A DNA stretch of 64,000 nt, taken from contig OZ245336.1 in assembly GCA_965226095.1 (NCBI GenBank), positions 690,467 to 754,466 on the forward strand. The letters are read 5' to 3'. The position numbers and the translations under genes were made by a program. The notes below the pieces were generated by a model. The model was not told where the DNA came from, made no database searches, and saw only the letters and a list, made by a program, of their open reading frames with translations. Positions within the stretch are counted from its first letter, which is position 1, and every line of letters starts with the position of its first letter. This DNA comes from Bdellovibrionales bacterium. Its GTDB lineage: Bacteria > Bdellovibrionota > Bdellovibrionia > Bdellovibrionales > UBA1609. Positions 36,709 through 46,519 of the stretch are shown one piece after another.

Positions 36709-38067
36709 ATGTCCAGATATGATTTTGACTTGTTGGTTATCGGAGGAGGCTCGGGGGGCGTGCGTACAGCGCGATGGTCAGCTGGTTTGGGTGCTAAAGT
36801 GGCTATTTGTGAGTCCAGTCGTTATGGCGGCACCTGTGTGATTAGAGGCTGTATACCTAAAAAACTGATGCTGGCCGGATCGGAATTACCTGATCAAATA
36901 AAATATTTTTCTTCCTATGGTTGGTCTGTAGGGCAATACGAACTGGATTGGCTCAAGCAAAAATCCGCCAGAGATCAGGAACTAAAAAGACTGGAAAGTA
37001 TTTATGAAAATCTTTTGTCCAAAACAGGTGTGACTGTCCTAAAAGGCCATGGAAAGATCACATCTCCACATACAGTGGAAGTGGATGGAAAAACTTATAC
37101 CACTCAGTTTATTCTCATTGCGGTGGGGAGCAGTCCTTTTATGCCGAAGGAAGTGTCAGGCATTGAAGGAGCTTTGACTTCGGACGATGTTTTTGAATTA
37201 ACATCTTTACCAAAATCTTTGCTGATTATGGGAAGCGGTTATATTGGCCTGGAATTTGCCAGTATTTTTAATTCTTTTGGTTCTGAAGTGACTTTGGTGT
37301 CCAGAAGGGATTTGGTGTTAAGGAGATTTGATAATGAGCTCAGAGCTTTTTTGCAGGAGGAAATGATTAAAAGAGGTGTGAAAATTATCAGCAATGATTC
37401 AGTGACAGAAATTATCAAACAGGACAAGGTATTCGAAGTAAAAGGACAAAAAAACAGGTTAGGACAATTTGAAAAGGTTTTGTTTGCTACAGGACGAAGA
37501 CCGCGAATTAAAAATTTGGGATTAGAATCAGTCGAAGTAAAAACCAGTAAGAATGATGAAATAGAAGTGAATAAATATTTTGAAAGCTCTGTGAAAGATA
37601 TTTATGCAATTGGAGATTGTGCCAATACTCCTTTTCAGCTGACCCCTGTGGCGACAGCAGAGGGAATGTTGTTGGCTGAGTATTTATTTTCCAGGTCTAA
37701 AAAAACAATGGATTATACACATATTCCCACTGCTGTTTTTAGTCAACCTCCAGTGTCGACGGTGGGCTTAAGTGAGGAGCAGGCTACAGAAGCTGGATAT
37801 ACAGTAAATGTTTACTCTAGTTGTTTTCGTCCTTTGAAATACACGGTGACCAATATCGATAAAAAAACTTTTATGAAAGTAGTGGTGGATAGTAAAACAG
37901 ATAAGGTGTTAGGTGTACATGCTGTGGGAGATGATGCACCAGAGATGATGCAGGGGATAGCCGTGGCTTTAAAATCAGGCGCAAAAAAATCAGATTTTGA
38001 TAAAACCATTGGCATTCATCCCACCAGTGCTGAAGAATTTGTCACTATGAGAAAGAAAACCCGGTGA
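36709..38067 (+). CDS. gor: Glutathione-disulfide reductase
   Basis: FAD motif VIGGGSGG, redox-active GGTCVIRGCIPKK, and the C-terminal interface GIHPTSAEEF. I chose the ATG at 36709 (MSRYDFDLLVIGGG) over the TTG at 36688. Confidence 0.92.
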   Translation: MSRYDFDLLVIGGGSGGVRTARWSAGLGAKVAICESSRYGGTCVIRGCIPKKLMLAGSELPDQIKYFSSYGWSVGQYELDWLKQKSARDQELKRLESIYENLLSKTGVTVLKGHGKITSPHTVEVDGKTYTTQFILIAVGSSPFMPKEVSGIEGALTSDDVFELTSLPKSLLIMGSGYIGLEFASIFNSFGSEVTLVSRRDLVLRRFDNELRAFLQEEMIKRGVKIISNDSVTEIIKQDKVFEVKGQKNRLGQFEKVLFATGRRPRIKNLGLESVEVKTSKNDEIEVNKYFESSVKDIYAIGDCANTPFQLTPVATAEGMLLAEYLFSRSKKTMDYTHIPTAVFSQPPVSTVGLSEEQATEAGYTVNVYSSCFRPLKYTVTNIDKKTFMKVVVDSKTDKVLGVHAVGDDAPEMMQGIAVALKSGAKKSDFDKTIGIHPTSAEEFVTMRKKTR

Positions 38068-38116
38068 CCAGTTGAAAAATATGTATAAGAATTGCTGATT
38101 AACATAGAATAAAAGT

Positions 38117-38950
38117 ATGAATGACATTCAGATAGAAAACTTTTTTCAAAAAAAATATGAAACTTTTGGTATTCCTGTTCCAAAGGTGCATTTTGTTTTA
38201 GGTTCTTTGTTCGGCTCAGCTTTGTCTGAATTAAGTTCCAGTTCAGAGTTTTCCAATTGGGAGTATAAAGACAGGATTACTTTTTCTGAAGTCCCCAACT
38301 TGTCACAGGCATCAGCTCCTTCGCACAAAGGATGTTATAAGTATTTTATACATAAAAAAAACTCGGAATTATCTATTTGTTTTCAGTGTGGAAGACTTCA
38401 TGGTTATGAAGATTTAACTCCTAAGCAGGTGGTGCAAACAGTAACAGGTCCCAGGCAGGCAGGCACGGATCAATTTGTATTAACCAATATTTCAGGAGCT
38501 CTAAAAAAAGAGCTTTCTGTTGGAACTGTTGTGGCCATTACGGATCATATTAATTTCACCGGTAAAAGTCCTTTATGTGGTGTCACTGAATCTTATTTTG
38601 TGGATATGAAAGATGCTTATAACCCGGAGATGACACAGTCTTTTCAGCAGGAATTAAAAAAACAAAACAGGAAAAGTGTAAAGGGAATGTATGTCGGGGT
38701 CTTAGGTCCTCAGTATGAAACACCGGCAGAGGTGCAATTGTTAGCCAGTTGGGGAGGAGATGTCGTGGGTATGTCTACCATTTGGGAAGTGATTGCTTTG
38801 AAACATTATCAATCAAAAGTTTGTGCTTTTTCCTTAGTGTCCAATCCAGCTTGTGGCATTAGTTCTTCAGTAAAAATTCAACCGGAATTATTACAGCCAG
38901 TTTTTAGTGATTTGATAAAAGCCATGTTAACTTTTGCTGAAAAACAATAA
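38117..38950 (+). CDS. Purine nucleoside phosphorylase (PNP/MTAP family)
   Basis: GVLGPQYETPAE and DVVGMSTIWEVIALKH motifs of the trimeric PNP family. Confidence 0.85.
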   Translation: MNDIQIENFFQKKYETFGIPVPKVHFVLGSLFGSALSELSSSSEFSNWEYKDRITFSEVPNLSQASAPSHKGCYKYFIHKKNSELSICFQCGRLHGYEDLTPKQVVQTVTGPRQAGTDQFVLTNISGALKKELSVGTVVAITDHINFTGKSPLCGVTESYFVDMKDAYNPEMTQSFQQELKKQNRKSVKGMYVGVLGPQYETPAEVQLLASWGGDVVGMSTIWEVIALKHYQSKVCAFSLVSNPACGISSSVKIQPELLQPVFSDLIKAMLTFAEKQ

Positions 38951-38994
38951 TTTATCATTGGCTTTTACTTACTTTATCAGTTAGAAAATGATCT

Positions 38995-40275
38995 ATGGAA
39001 AACTTTGATACAATCATAAAATGCAGGTATTTGCTCTCCATGCAGGAAGGTAAAGCCGCAGTAAAAGAAAATCAGCTGATTGCTGTAAAAAATGGATATG
39101 TTCATTCTGTTTTTTCAGACAGTAAAACCACTCCAACAGCTAAAGAAATTATTTGTTTGGATCATCATTTGGTATGTCCTGGATTGATTAATACACATAC
39201 ACATTTGCCAATGGTGTTGTTTCGAGGTTTGGGGGATCACCTTACTTTGCAGGACTGGTTGCATAAAATTATTTTTCCCTTGGAAAAGAAAATGATTAAT
39301 CCGGAGTTTATCCGTATAGGTACGGAGTTGGCTCTGTTGGAACTGATAAAAAATGGAATCACCACTGTATGTGACATGTATTTTCATACACCGGTAACGG
39401 CAGAACTTTTGGATTCTTATGGCTTAAGGGGAGTATTGGCAGTGGATATGTTAAGCTCTGCTTCAGATTGGAAACAGGATTTGGATAAAATGTGCAGCAA
39501 GTACAAAGATCATAAACGAATCACTCCAGCTATTGCCTGTCACTCTCCTTATACCTGTTCGCCGGAAGTATTAAAGTTGTCTGCCAAGGAATCCAAAAAC
39601 AGAAATCTTCCTATCACTATTCATGTGGCGGAAACCAAATGGGAGATAGATTTTATAAAAAAAGAATATGGAAAAAGTCCGGTGTTTCATTTGCAGGATT
39701 GTGGTGTTATTGGTCCTTCCTGTATTTTTGTACATGGGGTGTATTTGAGTGAGAAGGATATGGATTTAATGGCTGAAACTCGTACTCCCTTGTCCTATAA
39801 CCCGGAAAGTAATATGAAGTTAGGTTCAGGTGTTGCTCCGATTTTAAGAGCTTTAGAGAAGGGTATTCCTGTGGGCTTGGGTACGGATGGAGCGGCCAGC
39901 AACAATAATTTGAATTTATTTGAAGAGATGGATGTTGGAGCAAAATTACAAAAATTAAAAAATCCAGATAAAATAATAGAACCGGTCAGTATTTTTTCCA
40001 TGGTAACAACAATGGCAGCACGTGTTTTAGGATTATCTGATCAAATTGGAAAAATTCAATCCGGTTTTTGTGCGGATATTATTGCTTTAAATATTCATCA
40101 GCCGCACTTTTATCCTCGTCATGATTTGTTGAATTTATTAGTGTATTCTGCCAATGGATCGGAAGTAGACTTTATGATGTGTCAAGGGAAAACCCTTATG
40201 AAGGATTCAACAATTATCGGAATGGATACTGAGAGAATTTATTTAGAAGTTGAAAAATTAAAAAATGCTTTTTAG
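38995..40275 (+). CDS. Amidohydrolase, MTA/SAH deaminase-like (MtaD family)
   Basis: Metal-binding GLINTHTHLPM (HxH), HVAET, and GLGTDGAASNN motifs typical of ATZ/TRZ-MtaD deaminases. Confidence 0.8.
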   Translation: MENFDTIIKCRYLLSMQEGKAAVKENQLIAVKNGYVHSVFSDSKTTPTAKEIICLDHHLVCPGLINTHTHLPMVLFRGLGDHLTLQDWLHKIIFPLEKKMINPEFIRIGTELALLELIKNGITTVCDMYFHTPVTAELLDSYGLRGVLAVDMLSSASDWKQDLDKMCSKYKDHKRITPAIACHSPYTCSPEVLKLSAKESKNRNLPITIHVAETKWEIDFIKKEYGKSPVFHLQDCGVIGPSCIFVHGVYLSEKDMDLMAETRTPLSYNPESNMKLGSGVAPILRALEKGIPVGLGTDGAASNNNLNLFEEMDVGAKLQKLKNPDKIIEPVSIFSMVTTMAARVLGLSDQIGKIQSGFCADIIALNIHQPHFYPRHDLLNLLVYSANGSEVDFMMCQGKTLMKDSTIIGMDTERIYLEVEKLKNAF

Positions 40276-40291
40276 GAATTTGAGGTAAACA

Positions 40292-41620
40292 ATGAAATAT
40301 AGTTTATCTGTTTTTACAGTGTTTAGGAGGTTTTTGTTTTCTAGAAGGGCTAATGCAGTCATTCGCAGAGTATCGTTTATTTGTCTGTTGGGATTGGTAG
40401 TTTCCATTGGCTCTTTGGTTGTGGTTTTTAATATCATGGGAGGGTTGGGGCAATCTATAAAGGATAGTTTTTTAAAATCAGAACCTCATATTATTATTTC
40501 CTTTAATAATAAGTTTTCTAATTCTTTTGTAAAGAAACAAAAACATAAGATCAAAAATCTTTTACAATCTGCTCATTTATCAGAAGGAGTGGAGAATTTT
40601 TATTTTTTTGAAACAGTGGATCTCGTGTTACGAACCGATAGTGGTTCTTTTTCAGGAGCCATTGCCAGAGGTTATGATAAGAAAAATCTGGAAATGATTT
40701 TAAAAAATATACCTACTATACGTTCTGAACCTAATTCAGAGAAAAATGTGTTGGATCATGTTGATATAGGAGAAGAATCGGAAGGGTTGTATGCACAGAA
40801 ATCAATAGGGCAGGACAAAGAAAGTTCTTTAAAAACACCAAAAATAGCTATGAGTTGGAATGTGGCTAATGAGCTTGGAGTATATGAAGGAGAAGAACTG
40901 AGTTTAATACCTGCAGAAAATTTATTGCTTCCTCCAGGTGAGCCGGTGCAATTTGAATGGGCCAGGTTGGAACAGGTGATTCTTCCTCAAGATCAACCAG
41001 GGGACATTGGCAGTGTATTTTATGATAGAAAATATTTTTCTGCTTTTGCAGGTAGCAGTTCTTACACTTATGGTTTTGAGATGTATTTGTCTCAACCTGA
41101 TCAATATTTCTTATATCAGGATGTATTGGAAGCAAATGGTTTTTCTATTCAAGCTTGGCCGGATAGAAATTCCGCTGTGTTTTTTGCACTTAAAGTGGAA
41201 AAAATTATTATGAGTTGTTTCTTGTCTTTAGCCGGTCTGATTACTTTAATGGCGGTCTCTTCTTTGTTAGTGCTTTTGATGTTGCAGAAAAAAAAGGAGA
41301 TGGGAATTTTAATGGCTATGGGGCTTCCACTTCAGCAAATCAAAGGAATATTTATTGGTGTGGGTTTTTTGTTGTGTGGCTTAGGTTCTCTTGGTGGTTG
41401 GTTAATGGCTTTATTGATATGTCTTGCTTTAAAATATATTCCACTTCCTTTTTTATCTCAGTTTCACGGAGGTTTTTTGTTCCCGGTGGAGTTTAACTGG
41501 TATTTCTTAACTATTATTTTGGTGAGTGCTTTTGTTTTAGCTTTTTTTAGTTGTTGGATTTCTGTTTGGTCACAAACAAAAGAATCTCCTTCTGAGTTAT
41601 TAAAGACCACTAAAGCTTAG
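40292..41620 (+). CDS. LolC/E-like FtsX-family ABC transporter permease
   Basis: 442 aa. N-terminal TM helix, a roughly 250-aa periplasmic domain, and a C-terminal three-TM FtsX module (ITLMAVSSLLVLLMLQKKKEMGILMAMG). No adjacent ATPase gene. Confidence 0.75.
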   Translation: MKYSLSVFTVFRRFLFSRRANAVIRRVSFICLLGLVVSIGSLVVVFNIMGGLGQSIKDSFLKSEPHIIISFNNKFSNSFVKKQKHKIKNLLQSAHLSEGVENFYFFETVDLVLRTDSGSFSGAIARGYDKKNLEMILKNIPTIRSEPNSEKNVLDHVDIGEESEGLYAQKSIGQDKESSLKTPKIAMSWNVANELGVYEGEELSLIPAENLLLPPGEPVQFEWARLEQVILPQDQPGDIGSVFYDRKYFSAFAGSSSYTYGFEMYLSQPDQYFLYQDVLEANGFSIQAWPDRNSAVFFALKVEKIIMSCFLSLAGLITLMAVSSLLVLLMLQKKKEMGILMAMGLPLQQIKGIFIGVGFLLCGLGSLGGWLMALLICLALKYIPLPFLSQFHGGFLFPVEFNWYFLTIILVSAFVLAFFSCWISVWSQTKESPSELLKTTKA

Positions 41621-41644
41621 AGCAGACATTTGTATGTCTGCTCT
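41619..41644. terminator. Bidirectional terminator hairpin between convergent genes
   Basis: Perfect 11-bp stem AGAGCAGACAT-TTGT-ATGTCTGCTCT overlapping the permease stop codon, followed by AT-rich AATTTTAATTT. Confidence 0.6.
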
Positions 41645-41679
41645 AATTTTAATTTATCTTAATACTACTACTACTAAAA

Positions 41680-42624
41680 TTATAAAGTGTTACTGCATGC
41701 TGAATTAGCAGAGGATTCTTCCAGCCTGTAAACAGTCTGAAATAACCAAACTGTTCTGCGTTCAACTGTGTAGTGTCCGGCTTCTCCACATTCACCTGTT
41801 GCACAAACATCTTTGTTGGCATCTGTAGTGATGGATAGTTGACCAAAATCGTTACCGCTCACTTGCACACAATCGTCTTCAGCCAGGTTAATGGCTTCAT
41901 CATTAAGGCTGACTAGAACTGTTGCCCCACTGGTTTGATTGGTAATGGTGTAATAAGTTTCACTTACTGGTTCAGCACTGCCAGTATCTGGTGATTCTTC
42001 TTCTGTTGTTGATTCTTCTGCTTGTTCTTCTTCTGTTGAAGGAGGATCATCAGAACAGGTGTAGCCTTGTTGTGCTTTGAAAGTCTCCCATCTGGATTGA
42101 CAGTTTCTTACATTTATAGAATAGAATAGCATTTCACCATTTTTATTATTGTTTGTTATATCACAAAGGAGACCTTCTCCTGGATATAGATTATAGGTGT
42201 TGGATGTAAAGGACAATTCTTCATTACTGCCGGCTCTTGTGCAGGTTATGTCAAGGGAATTACTGGGAGAGGGAGCATTTGGTTTATAACAGTTGGGATA
42301 ATTATAATGGTTTAGACAACGATTATTTTCATCCTCATCATTTGTCATTTTACAACCAGCTGTTTCATAAATCTGTACTAGCTCCTCGTTGTCTGCAGGA
42401 TTTTTCTTTGTCGTTATTTCACAAGTAGATCTTTCAGCTGGATCCAATTGACCAAGATTAACGTTTTCTTGATTCACTGGAGTGTCAGTGTCTGTATTCT
42501 CTGTTACAACAGGACTGTCATCACCAGGAAGTGGAGGGTCGTTTGGAGGGTCGTTTGTTGTTGTTTTCCCACAACCTAAATAAACAAGACTTAGTATCAT
42601 TGACAGTAATAAAATTTTTTTCAT
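41680..42624 (-). CDS. Hypothetical Cys-rich lipoprotein
   Basis: 314 aa. Lipobox LVYLGCG, then a Pro/Asp/Thr linker (NDPPNDPPLPGDD), multiple Cys, and an acidic STEEEQAEESTTEEES stretch. Confidence 0.55.
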   Translation of the reverse strand: MKKILLLSMILSLVYLGCGKTTTNDPPNDPPLPGDDSPVVTENTDTDTPVNQENVNLGQLDPAERSTCEITTKKNPADNEELVQIYETAGCKMTNDEDENNRCLNHYNYPNCYKPNAPSPSNSLDITCTRAGSNEELSFTSNTYNLYPGEGLLCDITNNNKNGEMLFYSINVRNCQSRWETFKAQQGYTCSDDPPSTEEEQAEESTTEEESPDTGSAEPVSETYYTITNQTSGATVLVSLNDEAINLAEDDCVQVSGNDFGQLSITTDANKDVCATGECGEAGHYTVERRTVWLFQTVYRLEESSANSACSNTL

Positions 42625-42727
42625 GGTATAACCTCATATATAAAAGATTTTACAAATTCTATGCGAGTGTATCTTATTGCTGATAGGAGAGTCCATAAAA
42701 AAATTTTAACCTCTTGCGAAAAAATAA

Positions 42728-42812
42728 TGCGCCCGGAGCGACTTGAACGCTCACATTCTTAACGAATACCAGGCCCTCAACCTGGCCTGTCTACCAATTC
42801 CAGCACGGGCGC
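42728..42812 (-). tRNA. tRNA-Leu (anticodon GAG)
   Basis: I folded the reverse complement GCGCCCG-TG-CTG..CAG-G-CCAGG-TTGAGGG-CCTGG-(16-nt variable arm ATTC/GAAT)-GAGCG-TTCAAGT-CGCTC-CGGGCGC-A by hand. It gives a 7-bp acceptor stem, a long variable arm, a TTCAAGT T-loop and anticodon GAG. CCA is not encoded. Confidence 0.9.
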
Positions 42813-42906
42813 GTGAGTTTTGTAGGAAATAATAACAAATAAAGAGCTATATTGACACTTTGATATTAAACATATTAGTTTTTACATTAAAAAATGGAGA
42901 GATGTT

Positions 42907-43272
42907 ATGTGTTACTTAATGAGATTGATATCAGTAGTTTTTCTGCTTTTTAGTTGGATACCTTTATCTTTGGCGCAGGATGCCGTTAAAAAACAGCCTG
43001 GTTTTTATCAATTTGTTCCACTTATTTTTGTCTTTCTACTTCTCTATATTTTACTTATTCGTCCGGCACAAAAACGCCATAAAAAGCATCAAGAATTAGT
43101 TAATGCTCTTAAAAAAGGAGACCAGGTGATTACTGCCAGTGGAATATTGGGGACAATTTATGGCCTGACAGATACTTTTATTACATTAGAGGTGGCTGAT
43201 AATGTGCGTATTCGGATTTTAAGGTCTCAGATTTCCTCTTTGGCAGATAAAGAACTGAGTCAAAAACATTGA
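42907..43272 (+). CDS. yajC: Preprotein translocase subunit YajC
   Basis: The TM helix plus IRPAQKRHKKHQELVNALKKGDQVITASGILGTIYG matches the YajC signature. GGAGA RBS 6 nt upstream. Precedes secD-secF. Confidence 0.88.
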   Translation: MCYLMRLISVVFLLFSWIPLSLAQDAVKKQPGFYQFVPLIFVFLLLYILLIRPAQKRHKKHQELVNALKKGDQVITASGILGTIYGLTDTFITLEVADNVRIRILRSQISSLADKELSQKH

Positions 43273-43388
43273 ATTTATGGACGCTGTGTTTAAATAGTGA
43301 TAGGTTTTTGTGCTATATAAAAAATAACAATATGAGCTAAATTATCGAAAATAAAAAATTTTCCGAATGTAAAATTTAAGAGGTCTTT

Positions 43389-45098
43389 ATGATTGATAGT
43401 AATAAAATCCGTTGGGTGGTCGTGCTTTCTGCTTTACTTGTGGCCTTAGTGTGGATGGCTCCCAACTTTTATGATTTTTCAAAGGAACAATGGTGGTTTT
43501 CAAAGGAAAAACTTATTTATGGCTTGGATATTCAAGGAGGCTTACATTTAGTTCTAGGTGTGGAAGTGAATGAAGCCATTTATGAAAAACTTAAAAGCCA
43601 GCAATTAGATTTGAAAGAAACATTGGAAAAAGCCGGAATCCAAATTAGTACTGTTCAAGCTTTGAAAGAAAAACCCGGGCAGGCTCTTATTCAACTCAAG
43701 CAGACGGAGGATTTGGAAAAAGCCGGCAAAGTTATTAAAGAAAAATACACAGGCTCTTTGTTAGGTGGCACTTCCTTAAGGGTGTTGAAGTCTGAGGGTA
43801 CAGAGTTGCTTTTAGGTTATAACGAAGTGGAGCTTATTCGTCTTAGAAAAAGTATTGTGAGTCAAGTGGTGGAAGTCATTCGCCGACGTATTGATGAATT
43901 TGGTGTCAGCGAACCGGTTATCACTCCAAAGGGTCAGGATAGAGTTTTGGTACAGCTTCCTGGGATACAAGATTCTGCTCATGCCAAGGAGATTATTCAA
44001 AGAACTGCCAAAATGGAATTTCGTTTGGTTAATGAGGAATTGGAAGCCATTAAACTCATGGAGTGGGTTAAATCTGCTGAAGAAAAAGGCGGTTATGCTT
44101 TAAGTCCCCAGCTGGAGTACAGAGAGTATGTGCAGAGGATCAACGAAGACTTAAAAGACAAAATACCTGAGAACAATCAGTTAGTGTTTAGAAGAGCGGA
44201 AGCCAGCAATAGTTTACGTGCCGGTAAAGTGCCGATCTTAGTGCGCACAGATGTGGGTATGGGTGGTGAAATGTTACAGACAGCTTCAGTGGGGGCGGAC
44301 GATTTCGGCAATCCTGTTGTGCTTTTTTATATCAATAGTTCGGGGCGAAAAATCTTTTCTGAATTAACTGGAAATAATATAGGAAAACTATTGGCTATTG
44401 TATTGGATAAAGAGCTTAAATCCAGTGCCACCATTAGATCCCGAATCTCTGATCGAGGTCAAATTGATTTGGGTCGTGGTGGAGGTAGAGAAAATATGAT
44501 GAAAGAGGCAGAGGATATTGCCACAGTATTACGAGCAGGAGCTTTACCAGCTCGGGTTGTTAAGCTGGAAGAACGTACTGTAGGTCCTACATTAGGACGT
44601 GACTCTATTGAAAAAGGAAAATTGGCCGGTATGGTGGCGGGTCTTTTAATTATTATTTTTATGTTTGTTTATTACAGAGTATTGGGTGTGGTAGCTAATT
44701 TTGCTTTGTGCATGAACATTTTATTTTTATTGGCTATCCTGACTTCTTTAGGGGCTACTCTGACTTTGCCTGGTGTGGCGGGTATTATTTTAACCATTGG
44801 TATGGCGGTAGATGCCAATGTCATTATTTATGAACGATTAAGAGAAGAATTAAGAAAAGGATCCTCTATGGCCCTGGCTGTGAGGGATGGTTATCGATAT
44901 GCGCTTTCAGCTATTTTAGATGCTAATATTACAACAGCTATTGTTTGTTTTGTACTCATGTCTTTTGGTACAGGACCTATTCGAGGTTTTGCTGTTACAC
45001 TTTTTTGCGGCATTGTAACTTCCATTTTTACAGCGGTGTTTGTGTCCCGCACTTTTTTGAACACTTTGATTCATCGTTTTCAATTAAAGAAACTTTGA
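43389..45098 (+). CDS. secD: Protein translocase subunit SecD
   Basis: GLDIQGGLHLVL, RRIDEFGVSEPVI, QLPG, and a C-terminal six-TM block with LTLPGVAGIILTIGMAVDANVIIYERLREE. Confidence 0.95.
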   Translation: MIDSNKIRWVVVLSALLVALVWMAPNFYDFSKEQWWFSKEKLIYGLDIQGGLHLVLGVEVNEAIYEKLKSQQLDLKETLEKAGIQISTVQALKEKPGQALIQLKQTEDLEKAGKVIKEKYTGSLLGGTSLRVLKSEGTELLLGYNEVELIRLRKSIVSQVVEVIRRRIDEFGVSEPVITPKGQDRVLVQLPGIQDSAHAKEIIQRTAKMEFRLVNEELEAIKLMEWVKSAEEKGGYALSPQLEYREYVQRINEDLKDKIPENNQLVFRRAEASNSLRAGKVPILVRTDVGMGGEMLQTASVGADDFGNPVVLFYINSSGRKIFSELTGNNIGKLLAIVLDKELKSSATIRSRISDRGQIDLGRGGGRENMMKEAEDIATVLRAGALPARVVKLEERTVGPTLGRDSIEKGKLAGMVAGLLIIIFMFVYYRVLGVVANFALCMNILFLLAILTSLGATLTLPGVAGIILTIGMAVDANVIIYERLREELRKGSSMALAVRDGYRYALSAILDANITTAIVCFVLMSFGTGPIRGFAVTLFCGIVTSIFTAVFVSRTFLNTLIHRFQLKKL

Positions 45099-45114
45099 GA
45101 ATAAAGGATGTAAT

Positions 45115-46029
45115 ATGAAAACACCTCGGTTTGATTTCCTTTCTTCATCAGCTAATGTCACAACGATTTCTTTAACTTTATCCTTGTTAGGATTTGTATG
45201 GATTATTTTAAATGGATTCAATTATGGTATTGATTTTGCTGGTGGCAATGAAATTCAGCTGCGTTTTCAACAAGTGCCTTCTGTTGAAGAGTTGAGAAAA
45301 TATTTATCGGAAAAAGGTCTTATAAAAGCTTCTGTACAAAGTTTTGGAGATGAGAAAAATGAGTTTTTAATTCTGACAAGTACTAAACCAGGGGAAATTA
45401 AAAAAAATTCTGATAGATTGACTGGTCTGGTAGAGCAGTTCAAAACAGATTTTGCAAAACAAGGAGTGGAAATACGCAGAGTGGATTCAGTGGGGCCACA
45501 AATTGGAGCAGAACTTAGACAACAGGGAATACTGGCGGTTTTTTATAGCTTGATATTGATTCTTATTTACCTGGTTTTGCGTTTTGATTATCGATTTGCT
45601 CCAGCCGCTGTGATTTGCTTGTTTCACGATGCTGTTATCACCATGTGTATTTTCACTCTGTTTGATTTAGTGGTAAATGTGCAAACTTTAGCGGCGCTGT
45701 TAGCTATTATCGGTTATTCTCTAAATGACACGATTGTCACCTTTGATCGTATTAGGGAAAATGCGGAATATTTTCATAAAAAAGAATCCTTCTTAAAAAT
45801 TTGTAACAGGTCCATTAACGATGTGTTATCCCGTACTTTACTCACCTCTTTGACCACTATGATGGCTGTAGGGGCTATGTGGTTTTATACAGATGGAGTG
45901 ATTAAGGATTTTTCTTTTACCCTGGGTATAGGAGTGCTTATTGGTACTTATTCTTCTATTTATGTTGCCACTCCTTTGGTGGTCTTTATTGATCATCTGC
46001 AAAGAAAGAAAAAATCTGCCATTACATAA
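45115..46029 (+). CDS. secF: Protein translocase subunit SecF
   Basis: GIDFAGG, VGPQIGAELR, IGYSLNDTIVTFDRIREN motifs. Confidence 0.95.
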   Translation: MKTPRFDFLSSSANVTTISLTLSLLGFVWIILNGFNYGIDFAGGNEIQLRFQQVPSVEELRKYLSEKGLIKASVQSFGDEKNEFLILTSTKPGEIKKNSDRLTGLVEQFKTDFAKQGVEIRRVDSVGPQIGAELRQQGILAVFYSLILILIYLVLRFDYRFAPAAVICLFHDAVITMCIFTLFDLVVNVQTLAALLAIIGYSLNDTIVTFDRIRENAEYFHKKESFLKICNRSINDVLSRTLLTSLTTMMAVGAMWFYTDGVIKDFSFTLGIGVLIGTYSSIYVATPLVVFIDHLQRKKKSAIT

Positions 46030-46070
46030 TTAGTGCATATTTCAATCAATTTTTGTCACTGCAGATTTTT

Positions 46071-46517
46071 TCATATACATAAAATAAATGATGGAAACGC
46101 AGGCAATATGTATGTTGCTTTTGTGGATTCCATAAATAGCGGGCGAATGTTTTTTGTAATAAAATTTTTCAAACTGGATAATGACTGTTCTGATGGATTC
46201 TTTGTATAATGATAGAGTTGAAAAGGAATGAGAAAGATCAATACACTCCATTCCAGTGAACTAAAGAGCAGTTCCGTGCATAATTTATAAACATAATTAT
46301 TTATTTCATTTAAATGAATGAGTTTATAAAGATAATTGTCCTTATCATTCAATTTATAAGTCAGTTGATAAACAAAACTTCCTAGTGCTATTAAGATAAT
46401 AATTAAAAAACTATTGCGTAAAATTAATCTGGGAAATATATAAATATTTTGTTTGATGGATTGATATAATAAGATCCAATCCGCTTTGGTTGTCCATAAG
46501 GTTTTTAGTCCCAGCAT
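46071..46517 (-). CDS. Hypothetical membrane protein at the distal end of the T2SS operon
   Basis: 148-aa ORF whose ATG (46515-46517) lies 2 nt after the stop of the GspN-like gene. It has two or three hydrophobic segments and no recognisable motif. An alternative-frame ORF (46042..46251) overlaps its 3' part. Confidence 0.4.
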   Translation of the reverse strand: MLGLKTLWTTKADWILLYQSIKQNIYIFPRLILRNSFLIIILIALGSFVYQLTYKLNDKDNYLYKLIHLNEINNYVYKLCTELLFSSLEWSVLIFLIPFQLYHYTKNPSEQSLSSLKNFITKNIRPLFMESTKATYILPAFPSFILCI

Positions 46518-46519
46518 CG

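Noticed and set aside
41007-41496. Alternative-frame ORFs inside the LolC/E-like gene.
   Set aside because: They are same-strand shadow frames of a gene with a clear FtsX-type architecture.
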